NCBI GenBank assembly: GCA_043809315.1
Contig: JAZDDX010000029.1
Coordinates: 1 to 64,000, forward strand
Source: Pseudomonadota bacterium
Lineage (GTDB): Bacteria > Bdellovibrionota_G > JALEGL01 > DATDPG01
Reading direction: 5' to 3'
DNA: 64,000 nucleotides
Shown: positions 9,122-19,301 of the stretch, in pieces
Position numbering within the stretch: position 1 is the first letter of the stretch
Layout: each line of letters opens with the position of its first letter
Translations under genes and position numbers: made by a program
Notes under the pieces: model-generated
Database searches by the model: none
The model's input: only the letters and a program-made list of their open reading frames with translations
Told to the model about the DNA's origin: nothing

Positions 9122-9748
9122 GTGTTTCCGTCGACTTATCTCGGCGTCCGCCCGTACCGCGAGGTCTGGGAGCTTCAAGAACAACGCAGGGCCGCCATCC
9201 TCGCTGGGAAGGAGGAGGGGATCCTTTATCTCCTCCAGCACCCCCCAACCATCACGCTCGGCCGAGGCGAAAAAGGGACCAACCTCCTCTACCCAACGGA
9301 AGAGTTGAAAAAGCAGGGGTTCGACGTCGTCGAGACGAACCGCGGCGGGATGGTGACGTACCACGGGCCGGGGCAACTGATCGCCTATCCGGTCTTCGAC
9401 CTCCGGAAACTGCACAAAGGGGTCAAACAGTTCGTCGACGGCCTCGAACGGACGATGATCGGCTGCCTCGCCCGCATCGGGATCAGCGCTCATCAAAGGA
9501 AGGGGTACATCGGGACCTGGGTCGGGGAGAAAAAGATCGGAGCGATCGGGATCCATGTCCGGCGGCAGGTCTCGATCCACGGTCTCGCGCTGAACGTCGC
9601 CACCAACCTGGATCATTTCAATGTCATTACCGCGTGCGGGATCGAGGGGATTCGGCTAACGTCGGTTCAAAAGGAAGGAGTTTCCCGGGACGTTCCGGGG
9701 ATCCTCGAGCCGTTCCTCGAGGCGTTCACGGAAGTTTTCGGAGCGTAG
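9122..9748 (+). CDS. lipB: Lipoyl(octanoyl) transferase
   Basis: QHPPTITLG, RGGMVTYHGPGQ, KIGAIG, HGLALNV, ACG; GTG start inferred. Confidence 0.9.
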   Translation: MFPSTYLGVRPYREVWELQEQRRAAILAGKEEGILYLLQHPPTITLGRGEKGTNLLYPTEELKKQGFDVVETNRGGMVTYHGPGQLIAYPVFDLRKLHKGVKQFVDGLERTMIGCLARIGISAHQRKGYIGTWVGEKKIGAIGIHVRRQVSIHGLALNVATNLDHFNVITACGIEGIRLTSVQKEGVSRDVPGILEPFLEAFTEVFGA

Positions 9749-9750
9749 CC

Positions 9751-11031
9751 ATGTACAAGTCTCTCAAAGGAATGCCTGATCTTCTCCCCGGCGATAGCGA
9801 GCGCTGGCAGGGGATGGAAGACCTCTTGCGGAAGATCCTCTCGTCGTTCGGGTACTCGGAGATCCGGACCCCGTATCTCGAAGAGACCGAACTGTTCGCC
9901 CGTTCGATCGGCGCCGCGACCGATGTCGTCGAGAAGGAGATGTTCACCTTCCAGGACCAAGGGGGAAGCTCGATCACGCTGCGCCCCGAAAACACCGCCG
10001 GGGTCGTCCGCGCCTATCTGGAGAACAACCTCGGACACGGAAACCCGCTCACGAAGCTCTATTACATTGGACCGATGTTCCGTCACGAGAGGCCGCAGAA
10101 AGGGAGATTTCGTCAGTTCTCGCAGATGGGGGTCGAGGCGATCGGAAGTGCTCACCCGATGGTCGACGTCGAAGTGATGACCCTTCTCACCAACGTCGGG
10201 GAGGCGTTCGGTTTGCCGGGGCTCAAACTCGAAATCAACAGTGTCGGCGACAAGAACTGTCGTCCAGCGTATCGGAAGAAGCTCAAAGAGTATCTCGTGG
10301 CACATGTCGCCGATCTTTGCGATAACTGCTTCCGCCGCGTCGATTCGAATCCGATGCGTGTCTTCGATTGCAAGTCGGAAACCTGCCAGGGGATTCTGAC
10401 CAGCGCGCCAAAGATTTCCGATCATCTCTGCGGCGACTGCCGCGATCACTTTGATCAGGTGAAACGAGGACTCGACACCCTCGAGGTCGACTATTCGCTT
10501 CGCCTCTCGATGGTGCGCGGTCTCGATTACTACACACGAACCGCCTTCGAACTGAACGCTCAAGGGCTCGGCTCCCAGAACGCCGTCGGAGGGGGGGGGC
10601 GATACGACGGCCTGATCGAAGAGCTGGGCGGACCATCGACTCCGGGGATCGGCTTCGCGATGGGGCTCGAGCGGCTCCTCCTCTCCGCGTCCAATTTCAA
10701 AGTTCCTTCCTCTTCCCGCCGGTTTTCCTTCATCCCGCTCGACAAAGACTCGGAGCCGATCGCCCTCGCCCTCTCGCAGGAGTTCCGGAAGAAACTCTTG
10801 ACCGGGAACCGCTCTGCCACGGTCGAGACATCGTTCGGCACCACGAGCCTCAAGAGTGCCCTCCGTCAGGCCGACCGGAGTAAGGCCGATTTCGCCGTTC
10901 TGATCGGCGAGTCGGAGCGGATGAAGAAGATCGCGACGGTCAAAAATCTGGCCGCGCATTCGCAGAAAGAAATCCCATTTGAACAACTGACCGAACATCT
11001 GCTGAAGGAAACCGATGGAAGCGCTTTCTGA
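9751..11031 (+). CDS. hisS: Histidine--tRNA ligase
   Basis: [36 protein letters not shown]. Confidence 0.97.
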   Translation: MYKSLKGMPDLLPGDSERWQGMEDLLRKILSSFGYSEIRTPYLEETELFARSIGAATDVVEKEMFTFQDQGGSSITLRPENTAGVVRAYLENNLGHGNPLTKLYYIGPMFRHERPQKGRFRQFSQMGVEAIGSAHPMVDVEVMTLLTNVGEAFGLPGLKLEINSVGDKNCRPAYRKKLKEYLVAHVADLCDNCFRRVDSNPMRVFDCKSETCQGILTSAPKISDHLCGDCRDHFDQVKRGLDTLEVDYSLRLSMVRGLDYYTRTAFELNAQGLGSQNAVGGGGRYDGLIEELGGPSTPGIGFAMGLERLLLSASNFKVPSSSRRFSFIPLDKDSEPIALALSQEFRKKLLTGNRSATVETSFGTTSLKSALRQADRSKADFAVLIGESERMKKIATVKNLAAHSQKEIPFEQLTEHLLKETDGSAF

Positions 11032-12805
11032 TCGTGAACGGACCCACACGTGCGGTGAGCTGGCCCTGCAGGAGGTCGGCTCGAAAGTGCTGCTCAAAGG
11101 ATGGGCGCACCGCCGGAGGAACCTCGGCGGCGTCATCTTCGTCGACCTCCGGGACCGGTACGGTCTGACCCAGGTGGTTTTCCGCCCCGAAGCGAACCCG
11201 AAGGCGCATGCCGAAGCGGACAAGATTCGGAACGAGTTCGTCCTGGCCGTCTCGGGGCGCGTGGAAGCACGACCGCAAGGAATGGTGAACCCGAAACTCC
11301 CGACCGGTGAAATCGAGGTCGTCGCCGACGGCATCGAGATCGTCGCCGAATCGAAACCTCTTCCGTTCGCGATCGACGAGGAGACCGATGCGTCGGAAAC
11401 GACCCGCCTCAAATACCGCTATCTCGATCTCCGTCGCCCCGAACTCCAGCGGAACTTCATCGCCCGTCATCGACTCACGCAGACGATCCGCCGGTTTCTC
11501 GACGAGTCCGGCTTCCTCGACGTCGAGACACCATTCCTGACGAAGTCGACACCGGAGGGGGCGCGCGATTATCTCGTCCCGAGCCGGGTCCATCCGGGGG
11601 AGTTCTATGCCCTGCCGCAGTCGCCGCAGCTCTTCAAACAGCTCCTGATGATCGCCGGGTTCGACCGCTACTATCAGATCGTCCGCTGCTTCCGGGACGA
11701 GGATCTCCGCGCCGACCGCCAGCCGGAGTTCACCCAACTCGATATGGAGATAGCGTTCCCGACGCAGGAAGGGCTCTTCCATCTCGTCGAAGGGCTCTTC
11801 GCGCGGATCTGGAAAGAGGTGCTCGGGATCCGTCTCGAAACTCCGTTCCCCAGGATCCCCCATTCGGAAGCGATGGAGCTGTACGCCAGCGACAAACCGG
11901 ACCTCCGCTGGCCGATCCCGCTCCGGAACCTTTCGAGCACCTTCGTCAGCACGAAATTCAAGGTGTTTCAGGAGGTGATCGGTCGCGGCGGCGAAATCCG
12001 CGGCATCCGACTGCAGGGCGGAAGCTCCCTTTCCCGGAGCCAGATTGATCAGTTGACCGAGAAAGCGAAAGGGTTCGGCGCCAAGGGGCTCGTCACCGTA
12101 AAGCGGGCGAGCGGAAAGATCTCCTCGCCGGCCGAGAAGTTCCTGACGCCGGAGGAACTCGACTCGGTCGCGACCAACCTCAAGTTGGGAGAAGGGGATC
12201 TCGCCCTTCTCGTCGCAGACCAGCCGTCGGTGGCTCGCGCCACGTTGAACGGCCTGCGCGACCACTGCGTCGCCCAGATGAAGATCCCGCCGGTCGCGTC
12301 GTACGCCTTCGCCTGGGTGATCGACTTTCCTCTCTTCGAATACGACGCCGAGGAGAAACGGTACGTCGCCAAACACCACCCGTTCACCTCCCCCCATCCC
12401 GACGACCTTCCCCTCCTCCGGGAGAGGAAGAACCTTGATTTGGTCCGGGCGCGCGCCTACGACCTGGTGGCGAACGGCTACGAGCTCGGGGGTGGATCGA
12501 TCCGGATCCATCGAACAGAAGTCCAGCAGGTGATGTTCGACGCGCTCGGGATGACCCGCGAGGAGGCGCAGCGAAAGTTCGGCTTCTTCCTCGAGGCGCT
12601 CCAATACGGAACGCCGCCGCACGGGGGGATCGCCTTCGGGATCGACCGGATCGCCATGATTCTGGCCGGATCGAACGCGATCCGTGACGTCATCGCCTTC
12701 CCGAAAACCCAGAGCGCCGTCGACCTGATGGCGGAAGCCCCCTCCCCGGCCGACCCGAAGCAACTCCGGGAACTGTTCCTTTCGCTCGCGAAACCGGAAA
12801 AATGA
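11015..12805 (+). CDS. aspS: Aspartate--tRNA ligase
   Basis: [51 protein letters not shown]. Confidence 0.97.
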   Translation: MEALSDRERTHTCGELALQEVGSKVLLKGWAHRRRNLGGVIFVDLRDRYGLTQVVFRPEANPKAHAEADKIRNEFVLAVSGRVEARPQGMVNPKLPTGEIEVVADGIEIVAESKPLPFAIDEETDASETTRLKYRYLDLRRPELQRNFIARHRLTQTIRRFLDESGFLDVETPFLTKSTPEGARDYLVPSRVHPGEFYALPQSPQLFKQLLMIAGFDRYYQIVRCFRDEDLRADRQPEFTQLDMEIAFPTQEGLFHLVEGLFARIWKEVLGIRLETPFPRIPHSEAMELYASDKPDLRWPIPLRNLSSTFVSTKFKVFQEVIGRGGEIRGIRLQGGSSLSRSQIDQLTEKAKGFGAKGLVTVKRASGKISSPAEKFLTPEELDSVATNLKLGEGDLALLVADQPSVARATLNGLRDHCVAQMKIPPVASYAFAWVIDFPLFEYDAEEKRYVAKHHPFTSPHPDDLPLLRERKNLDLVRARAYDLVANGYELGGGSIRIHRTEVQQVMFDALGMTREEAQRKFGFFLEALQYGTPPHGGIAFGIDRIAMILAGSNAIRDVIAFPKTQSAVDLMAEAPSPADPKQLRELFLSLAKPEK

Positions 12806-13434
12806 CGGCGCTCTTCGATCTCGACGACCGTCCCCTTTCCATGGAACGCAGTCTCTGGAGGGACGGCATCGGAATCGTGGCGGGAGTGGACGAAGTGGGT
12901 CGGGGGGCGCTGGCCGGTCCGGTCGTCGCGGCGGCCGTGATCTTCGACGAACGGTGTGCCGAGTTCGCCGCGCGGATCCGTGACTCGAAGCAGCTGACGC
13001 CGGAGCGGCGCGAGGAGCTTTTTCTCCTGATCGAGAAGCATGCGGTGTCGGTCGGCGTAGGTTCGGTCGACCCCTCCGAGATCGACGAGATCAACATCCT
13101 CCAGGCTTCCTTGAAGGCGATGAAGATAGCCGTCGCCCGCCTCGACCCGCGACCCGAACTCTGCCTGATCGACGGGAATTTCCGCGCCCCGATGAAGATC
13201 CCCCAACGGTGCATCATCAAAGGGGACGCCCGGGTCACGACGATCGGGGCGGCGTCGATCATCGCCAAGGTGACCCGAGATCGATTCATGACCGGGATCT
13301 CGGAGCAGTACCCGGCTTACGGTTTCGCCGAGAACAAAGGGTACGGAACCGAGATCCACCTTCGCGCCCTTTCCGAGTTCGGCCCTACCCCGATTCACCG
13401 CCGGACTTTCGCCCCCGTGGCTCAAACCGCATGA
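12802..13434 (+). CDS. rnhB: Ribonuclease HII
   Basis: [32 protein letters not shown]. Confidence 0.95.
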   Translation: MTALFDLDDRPLSMERSLWRDGIGIVAGVDEVGRGALAGPVVAAAVIFDERCAEFAARIRDSKQLTPERREELFLLIEKHAVSVGVGSVDPSEIDEINILQASLKAMKIAVARLDPRPELCLIDGNFRAPMKIPQRCIIKGDARVTTIGAASIIAKVTRDRFMTGISEQYPAYGFAENKGYGTEIHLRALSEFGPTPIHRRTFAPVAQTA

Positions 13435-13799
13435 CCGACGAGCGGCGGCAGCTGGGAAAAGAAGGGGAAGAGCGAGCTCGCGCCTACCTGGAACAAAAAG
13501 GATACCGGTTGATCGAGACGAACTACCGGACCCCTTTGGGCGAAATCGACCTCGTCATGGAGGACGGAAAAACGCTCGTTTTCGTCGAGGTGAAAGCGGG
13601 GGAGAGCGACCGTGATTTTTCCCCTCTCGACCATTTCGATTCCCGAAAACAACGGAAACTCTTAACGCTCGGGCGCGCCTATCTGGCCCGCTTCGGGCGC
13701 AGTCGGGACGGACGCTTCGACCTGCTCTTGGTCACGCGGGAGGGGGTGAAGTTCCGCATTGACCACCTCGAAGACGTCATCCAAGATCCGGGGCCGTGA
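13431..13799 (+). CDS. YraN family (UPF0102) protein
   Basis: LGKEGEERA, GEIDL, VFVEVK, RFD; typical position after rnhB. Confidence 0.9.
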   Translation: MTDERRQLGKEGEERARAYLEQKGYRLIETNYRTPLGEIDLVMEDGKTLVFVEVKAGESDRDFSPLDHFDSRKQRKLLTLGRAYLARFGRSRDGRFDLLLVTREGVKFRIDHLEDVIQDPGP

Positions 13800-15241
13800 A
13801 GGCGAGCAAGCAGAAATGGGCGGCGCTCAAGTTCCGGAAAAAAATCCGGAACGCATTGCTTCTGTATTACTTGACGCCGATTTTCCTGATCCTGACGACG
13901 TCGGCCTCCCTTTTCTACTACACGACCAAGCGAAACCTCGACGAGGAGATGGGAAAGCGGTTGGTCGCGATCGCCCATTCGGCCGCCTCGCAGGTCCGGG
14001 CGTTCCACATGACGGTTCTCGACCTCAAAGACGCCTCCACGGTCACGCATCAGACGCTTCTGCGACGGTTCGAAACAATCCGCGACGTGAACGGCGTGGC
14101 CCGGGTCTACCTCTTCAATTTCTCCGATGAGAGCCTGCTCGACACCGACCCGGCTTCGGCCCCCGGTTCGACCTACGGACGAAACCGCATTCACAGGACC
14201 GAGATCGAGGCGGCCCGGAACCAACGGCCGACCTCCTCCGTCCTGTTTCAGGGCTCCGACGGGAGTTATTACAAGAGCGCGTTCGCTCCGGTCGTGGACG
14301 AGGGAAAAGTGCTCGCGGTGATCGGGGTCGACGGAAGCGCCACCTTTTTTCAGAGTCTGCATCGCCTCGGCAGCCTGCTGATCTACTTCGCCCTGGCCTG
14401 CATCGCGATCATCGTTCTCGTCAGCATGATCATCTCACGCCAGATCGTCACGCCGATTCAGGGACTGGTGGCGAGCGCCCAGCGGATCGGCGAAGGACAC
14501 TTGGAGGAACCGATCCCGATCCGTTCGGAAAACGAGATCGGGTTCCTAAGCTTCGTCCTGGACGAGATGCGGAAGAACATCGTCGCGCGCGACCGCGAGT
14601 TACAGGTCATGCTCCGTGGAGTGGCGCACGAGGTCCGGAACCCCCTTGGAGGGATGGAGCTGTTCGCAGGAATCCTGGCGGAGGAACCGCAGGTCACGAA
14701 AGACCCGAAACTCAAAGACGCCGTCACGAGAATTCAGAACGAGATCGCGACGCTCAAGCACCTCGTCGAGGAATTTCTCGACTTCGCCCGCGGCCCGACG
14801 CTGCAGTCCGTTTCGGTCGACCTGAAATCGTTCTTCGAGGAGATCCGCATCGCTTTCGCCAAAGAGATGGAGCAGAAGGGGATCCGCTTCGCCACTTCGT
14901 TCGACGGCATCGAGCAAGGCGAGTTCGATCCCGACCAGATGCGTCGGGTCTTCCTTAATCTCGTCGTGAACTCGCTTCAAGCGATGCCACGCGGGGGGGA
15001 GATCGCGATCCGCGCGCGAGGGGAAAACGGCCAGTTCGAGATTACCGTCTCCGACACTGGGATCGGGATCCCTCCCGAAAATCTGGAACGGCTGTTCGAC
15101 CCCTTCTTCACGACGAAGGAACAGGGAACCGGACTTGGATTGTCATTCGCCCGTAAAATTGTTAATGCCCACGGGGGCGAGCTCCGCGTCGAATCGACGC
15201 CGGGGGCCGGAACGAACGTCAGCGTGGTTCTCCCGAGGTGA
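13796..15241 (+). CDS. Membrane sensor histidine kinase (2 TM, HAMP, HisKA, HATPase)
   Basis: AHEVRNPL, NLVVNS, DTGIGI, FFTTK, GTGLGL. Confidence 0.92.
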   Translation: MKASKQKWAALKFRKKIRNALLLYYLTPIFLILTTSASLFYYTTKRNLDEEMGKRLVAIAHSAASQVRAFHMTVLDLKDASTVTHQTLLRRFETIRDVNGVARVYLFNFSDESLLDTDPASAPGSTYGRNRIHRTEIEAARNQRPTSSVLFQGSDGSYYKSAFAPVVDEGKVLAVIGVDGSATFFQSLHRLGSLLIYFALACIAIIVLVSMIISRQIVTPIQGLVASAQRIGEGHLEEPIPIRSENEIGFLSFVLDEMRKNIVARDRELQVMLRGVAHEVRNPLGGMELFAGILAEEPQVTKDPKLKDAVTRIQNEIATLKHLVEEFLDFARGPTLQSVSVDLKSFFEEIRIAFAKEMEQKGIRFATSFDGIEQGEFDPDQMRRVFLNLVVNSLQAMPRGGEIAIRARGENGQFEITVSDTGIGIPPENLERLFDPFFTTKEQGTGLGLSFARKIVNAHGGELRVESTPGAGTNVSVVLPR

Positions 15242-15244
15242 TGG

Positions 15245-16603
15245 ATGGCGCAGATTCTCATCGTTGAAGACAATGTGACGATGCGGGAAGGGATCGTTCA
15301 AATCCTTTCGCGTGCCGGGCACGATGTGCGTGCCGCCTCCGGGGGGATCGAAGGGGTGGAGCTGTTTGCACAGAGCACCCCCGACTTCGTCATCAGCGAC
15401 CTCAAGATGGAGGATCTGGACGGGATCGCCGTCTTACGAAAAATTCGGGAACTCTCCCCGGACGCGCTGGTCATGATCATCACCGCCTTCGGAACGATCG
15501 AGGTCGCGGTCGAGGCGATGAAGCTCGGCGCGTACGACTTCATCACGAAGCCGTTCCCGCCGGAGCTTCTGCGCGTCAAGGTGGCCGGAGCTCTCGAATT
15601 CGCGCGGATGCGGGCCGAGAACCAGTATTTCCAGACCGAGAGCCGACGCGAACATCCCGATACAATGACGGGGCAATCGCGCGCGCTCGCCAACGTCCGG
15701 GAGCAGATCGCCCGCGTTGCGCCGGCCGATTCGACCGTCCTCGTGACCGGGGAGAGTGGGACCGGCAAGGAGCTGGTGGCCCGGGCTATTCATGCGCAGA
15801 GCAAGCGCTCCCACCGCCCGTTCATCAAGGTCGATTGCGCGGCTCTGGCCGAGGGGGTTCTCGAAAGCGAGCTGTTCGGCCACGAACGGGGGGCCTTCAC
15901 CGGAGCGGTCCAGAGGAAACAGGGACGATTCGAACTGGCGGACGAGGGAACGATCTTCTTGGACGAGATCGGGGAGATCTCCCTGGCGATCCAGCTCAAG
16001 CTGCTGCGCGTCCTCCAAGATCGTTGCTTCGAGCGGGTCGGCGGAACCCGCACCTTGAAGGTGGATGTCCGCGTGATCAGCGCCACGAACCGGGATCTTA
16101 AGGAACAGATCCGGACGGGACGGTTCCGCGAAGACCTCTATTACAGGCTTCACATCGTTCCGATCGATCTCCCCCCGCTGCGCGACCGGAAAGACGACAT
16201 CGCGGCACTGACGGCACACTTTCTCGACACCCTCGCGAAGAGAAACGGGCGAAAGATCAGCGTGACCCGGGAGGTTCTGGCCCATTTCCGAACGTACCGT
16301 TGGCCGGGGAACATCCGGGAACTCGAGAACCTGCTGGAACGACTCTATGTCCTGACTCCGGGAGACGTCATCGACGTAGCCGCTCTGCCGGACGAACTCA
16401 AAATCATCAATGATCGTGAGGGGATAGAGCTCCCGGACAAGGCCGTGACATTGGATCAAGCACTCGAAACCCTGGAACGTCAGCTGATCTTGCGGGCGTA
16501 CGAGGAGGCGTGCGGGGTCAAGACCAAAACGGCCCAGTTGTTGGGAATCAAGACAAGTGCGCTATACTACAAACTGGAGAAGTATGGGATTGCGAAGGAA
16601 TAA
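15245..16603 (+). CDS. Sigma54-dependent (NtrC-family) response regulator
   Basis: REC domain, GESGTGKE, ESELFGHERGAFTGA, WPGNIRELEN, Fis-type HTH. Confidence 0.95.
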   Translation: MAQILIVEDNVTMREGIVQILSRAGHDVRAASGGIEGVELFAQSTPDFVISDLKMEDLDGIAVLRKIRELSPDALVMIITAFGTIEVAVEAMKLGAYDFITKPFPPELLRVKVAGALEFARMRAENQYFQTESRREHPDTMTGQSRALANVREQIARVAPADSTVLVTGESGTGKELVARAIHAQSKRSHRPFIKVDCAALAEGVLESELFGHERGAFTGAVQRKQGRFELADEGTIFLDEIGEISLAIQLKLLRVLQDRCFERVGGTRTLKVDVRVISATNRDLKEQIRTGRFREDLYYRLHIVPIDLPPLRDRKDDIAALTAHFLDTLAKRNGRKISVTREVLAHFRTYRWPGNIRELENLLERLYVLTPGDVIDVAALPDELKIINDREGIELPDKAVTLDQALETLERQLILRAYEEACGVKTKTAQLLGIKTSALYYKLEKYGIAKE

Positions 16604-17747
16604 GCTTTCGGGGGTGTTGTTGCTCGCGTTGCTTTCGCTCGCGTTTGCATCGACCGCACTTGCGCTTCCCCCGGATCGTCTCGACTCCGCTCGCACAGTT
16701 GTCTCCCGTCTGACCCGATCACTGGTCGACCAAGACCGGAAGATCGCCGAAACCTCCCGGAACCTCGACCGGATCTCCGCGGAAATTCATTCCCTGAAGC
16801 GGGCGCAAACCAAGGAGACGACGGTGCTTCGCCAGTACCGGCTGCAGGCCCGGCTCCAGGAAGCCCAGGAGATTTCCGATCATCTGGCCGACGCGACCGA
16901 TGAACGCCAGGCAGTGACACTGGAGCTTAGGCTCGCGCGTACGGCGCTTGCCGTTGAACTCGATCGGGCTATCGCGGTTCGGAGGACGATCGCCAACTCG
17001 AATGCCGAAAACTGGAAAACCCGGAGCGCTTCCGCGCACGAGCTCGACCGTCTCCTTCTCGAACGGATGCAGCTCTCGATCGAGCCGACAGAAGGCCGCC
17101 TTCCGTCCGACGCGACGCCGCTCCTTCGGGGAGAGAGCTCCCGTGAGGAAGCCGCCGATCGGCTGAACGCTCTGCGTGACCTGGAGAAGAGGATGGAGGA
17201 TGAAATCTCCATACTCAAGGGGGAGGTAGCGGAGGCCCGCCGCCAGCAGTTTCTTCGGAACGAACTCAGCCATTTGATGGACGAGGAATCATTCTTTGCC
17301 GAACAAGGGTTCGTGCGGGGAGGAGCGGGCCGTACCCCCGGGGCTCTCGCCGCCCTGAAGACCGGCACCGCGGCTTCACCAGCAGCGGCCGGTTCCCCAG
17401 TTGCTGGAACCGCTCCGGGCCAGGATGTTCCGGTCGCGGCCTCGCCGGGAACAGCAGATGCCCGTTCCAAGGTCCCCCTCTCGCCGACCGACCTCGATCC
17501 GACCTCCCACGTAAGTGGACCGGCGGCCGATGCGCCCCTCTCGGACAAGGGAGCGCGCGACCCGCTCGCTCAACTTGCCAGCGAATTTGGCTTGCCTCTA
17601 GACCAGAAACGGGATGTACAAGGTCGAAACCCGGCTTCCACCGATCAGGTTCAATGGCTCGAGAATCGAATCTCCGTGATCCGTGCAATTCTGAACCGCC
17701 TTCATCAAAGGGCGCGGGAACTTGCACGCGAGGCAAGCCGGCTTTAG
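16584..17747 (+). CDS. Secreted coiled-coil hypothetical protein
   Basis: Signal peptide, heptad-rich helices, Ala/Pro linker; GGAG before ATG 16584. Confidence 0.65.
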   Translation: MGLRRNKLSGVLLLALLSLAFASTALALPPDRLDSARTVVSRLTRSLVDQDRKIAETSRNLDRISAEIHSLKRAQTKETTVLRQYRLQARLQEAQEISDHLADATDERQAVTLELRLARTALAVELDRAIAVRRTIANSNAENWKTRSASAHELDRLLLERMQLSIEPTEGRLPSDATPLLRGESSREEAADRLNALRDLEKRMEDEISILKGEVAEARRQQFLRNELSHLMDEESFFAEQGFVRGGAGRTPGALAALKTGTAASPAAAGSPVAGTAPGQDVPVAASPGTADARSKVPLSPTDLDPTSHVSGPAADAPLSDKGARDPLAQLASEFGLPLDQKRDVQGRNPASTDQVQWLENRISVIRAILNRLHQRARELAREASRL

Positions 17748-18835
17748 TCCTCCTTCTCCTCTTCGCGTCCCCACTTTGGGCACAGGAATCGCCCGAATTC
17801 CGACCGCCGTCTCTTTTCCGGATTCAGAATTCCGTCCAAGCGGGGTTTGAATACGATTCGAACGTCTTCAAGATGTTCGGCGGAAGCGACGGGGATTTCC
17901 TGGTGCGATCGTTCTTTCAGAGCCGCGGGCAGTACTCTCCCTCATCAGACCTGAGGCTCGGTTGGGATTACCAGGGAGGTGGAAAGCTGTTCTTCAGTCG
18001 GGGGGAGCGGGACGCCCTGATCCAGTATGCCGAGTTTCCGCTCGCCTGGCAGATTACGCCCGGCTTCGAGATCTCCCTGACCCCTGACTTCAAGTATCAG
18101 AACGAGCGAGACAAGGTCGATGCCACATTCCAGGACATCAACGAAGATTACCTTTCCACCACAACCCGACTCAATCTCCGTTTTCCCCTATCCAACGCAT
18201 GGACGGTCGAGCCGTCCGGAAGCTTCACCTATTTCCGTTTCGAACCGACCCAGAGCTACGGGTTCTTCCGCGAAACGGGGGGAGCGACACTCCAGAAAAC
18301 AATCGGAAGTGTTTTCGCCTACGGTGCCCACTACTCGTACACTTGGCAGCAGTTTGCTGCCGGCGGCCGCAAGGACCAGGAGCACCAGGTTTCCGGATTC
18401 CTTCAGTACCTCCGGGCACCGGTCCTTTCGTTGCGATACACGTTCGAACGGAACGATTCCTCCACGGCCGCTTATTCGTTCGACAATCACCGGGTCACGG
18501 CCCTCATCTCCGTCCCGATGTTCCCCCGCGACCCCGACGACGTTTCGGAGGACGAGCCGGGAATCCCGCCGGCGCTCATCGCCGTCCACGTCCTCGGCAC
18601 CTTGCAGTTCAAACAGTTCCCCTCCGTCTTCGACTACACGCCGGAGGGGCAGCGCTTCCTTCTGACCGGGTCAGAAGACGAAAACTTCAATTCGTTCGTG
18701 GTAAAGGTTTCGGTCCATCCCTTTGTCCGGTGGGCGTTCGAGACGAAATTCACCCGTTACTCCAATGAGTTCTCGAGCCAGCAGGCCGCCTTCCGGCGAT
18801 TCCTGATCTATGCCGGGGTCCGGTACACGTTCTGA
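17654..18835 (+). CDS. Putative outer-membrane beta-barrel protein (start uncertain)
   Basis: Signal peptide ...LLLLFASPLWAQ; YDSNV motif; alternating aromatic strands; C-terminal GVRYTF. Confidence 0.7.
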   Translation: MARESNLRDPCNSEPPSSKGAGTCTRGKPALVLLLLFASPLWAQESPEFRPPSLFRIQNSVQAGFEYDSNVFKMFGGSDGDFLVRSFFQSRGQYSPSSDLRLGWDYQGGGKLFFSRGERDALIQYAEFPLAWQITPGFEISLTPDFKYQNERDKVDATFQDINEDYLSTTTRLNLRFPLSNAWTVEPSGSFTYFRFEPTQSYGFFRETGGATLQKTIGSVFAYGAHYSYTWQQFAAGGRKDQEHQVSGFLQYLRAPVLSLRYTFERNDSSTAAYSFDNHRVTALISVPMFPRDPDDVSEDEPGIPPALIAVHVLGTLQFKQFPSVFDYTPEGQRFLLTGSEDENFNSFVVKVSVHPFVRWAFETKFTRYSNEFSSQQAAFRRFLIYAGVRYTF

Positions 18836-19041
18836 ATGGTTTGCACCCCCAAAACCGATATGGTACGAGCGGCCTTTAAAGCCAAAGGTTGCGCCAGCGC
18901 TAGATTCACTCTTCATCCACCCAACTCAGAACACGATATGAAGAATTCCACTCTTTGGCTTTTCAACGAATTCTCCGGCACGTGGTGTCGCCGGGGATGT
19001 TTCACAGCAACAAGCAACAAGCAATAACAGGAGGCCTCAAG

Positions 19042-19245
19042 ATGCCAAAAGGATCAGTCAAGTGGTTCAACGAGAAAAAAGGGTACGGCTTCATCACCCG
19101 TGAAGACGGGGTCGATGTCTTCGTCCATCACACCGGGATCGAGGGGGAAGGTTTCAAGACCCTCTACGAAGGAGACAAGGTGGAGTTCGAGGTGAAGGAA
19201 GGTCCGAAAGGGCTGCAGGCCTCCAACGTTCGCAAATTAACGTAA
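19042..19245 (+). CDS. Cold-shock protein (CspA family)
   Basis: [29 protein letters not shown]. Confidence 0.95.
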   Translation: MPKGSVKWFNEKKGYGFITREDGVDVFVHHTGIEGEGFKTLYEGDKVEFEVKEGPKGLQASNVRKLT

Positions 19246-19263
19246 TCAAGTTGCCAAACTTCT

Positions 19264-19296
19264 GGGGGCACCGTCTCCGGTGCCCCCTGTTTTTTT
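19264..19296 (+). terminator. Intrinsic terminator after csp
   Basis: GGGGGCACCG-TCTC-CGGTGCCCCC followed by TGTTTTTTT. Confidence 0.85.
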
Positions 19297-19301
19297 CCCC
19301 A

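Noticed and set aside
9088-9750. Apparent N-terminal extension of HisS (similar extensions on fmt, TetR, ispD and the RSH-like gene)
   Set aside because: Overlaps a real upstream gene in another frame; family homology starts at the downstream start codon
9667-12763. Long antisense ORFs opposite hisS and aspS (also opposite ppdK, leuS and others)
   Set aside because: Expected shadows of high-GC coding sequence; no motifs or RBS support
11015-12805. Calling AspRS discriminating or non-discriminating
   Set aside because: Diagnostic positions conflict (RRNLGG versus RPQGMVNP); needs phylogeny
18836-19041. Structured ncRNA or riboswitch upstream of csp
   Set aside because: Fits a promoter plus the long 5' UTR typical of csp genes; no recognisable RNA family
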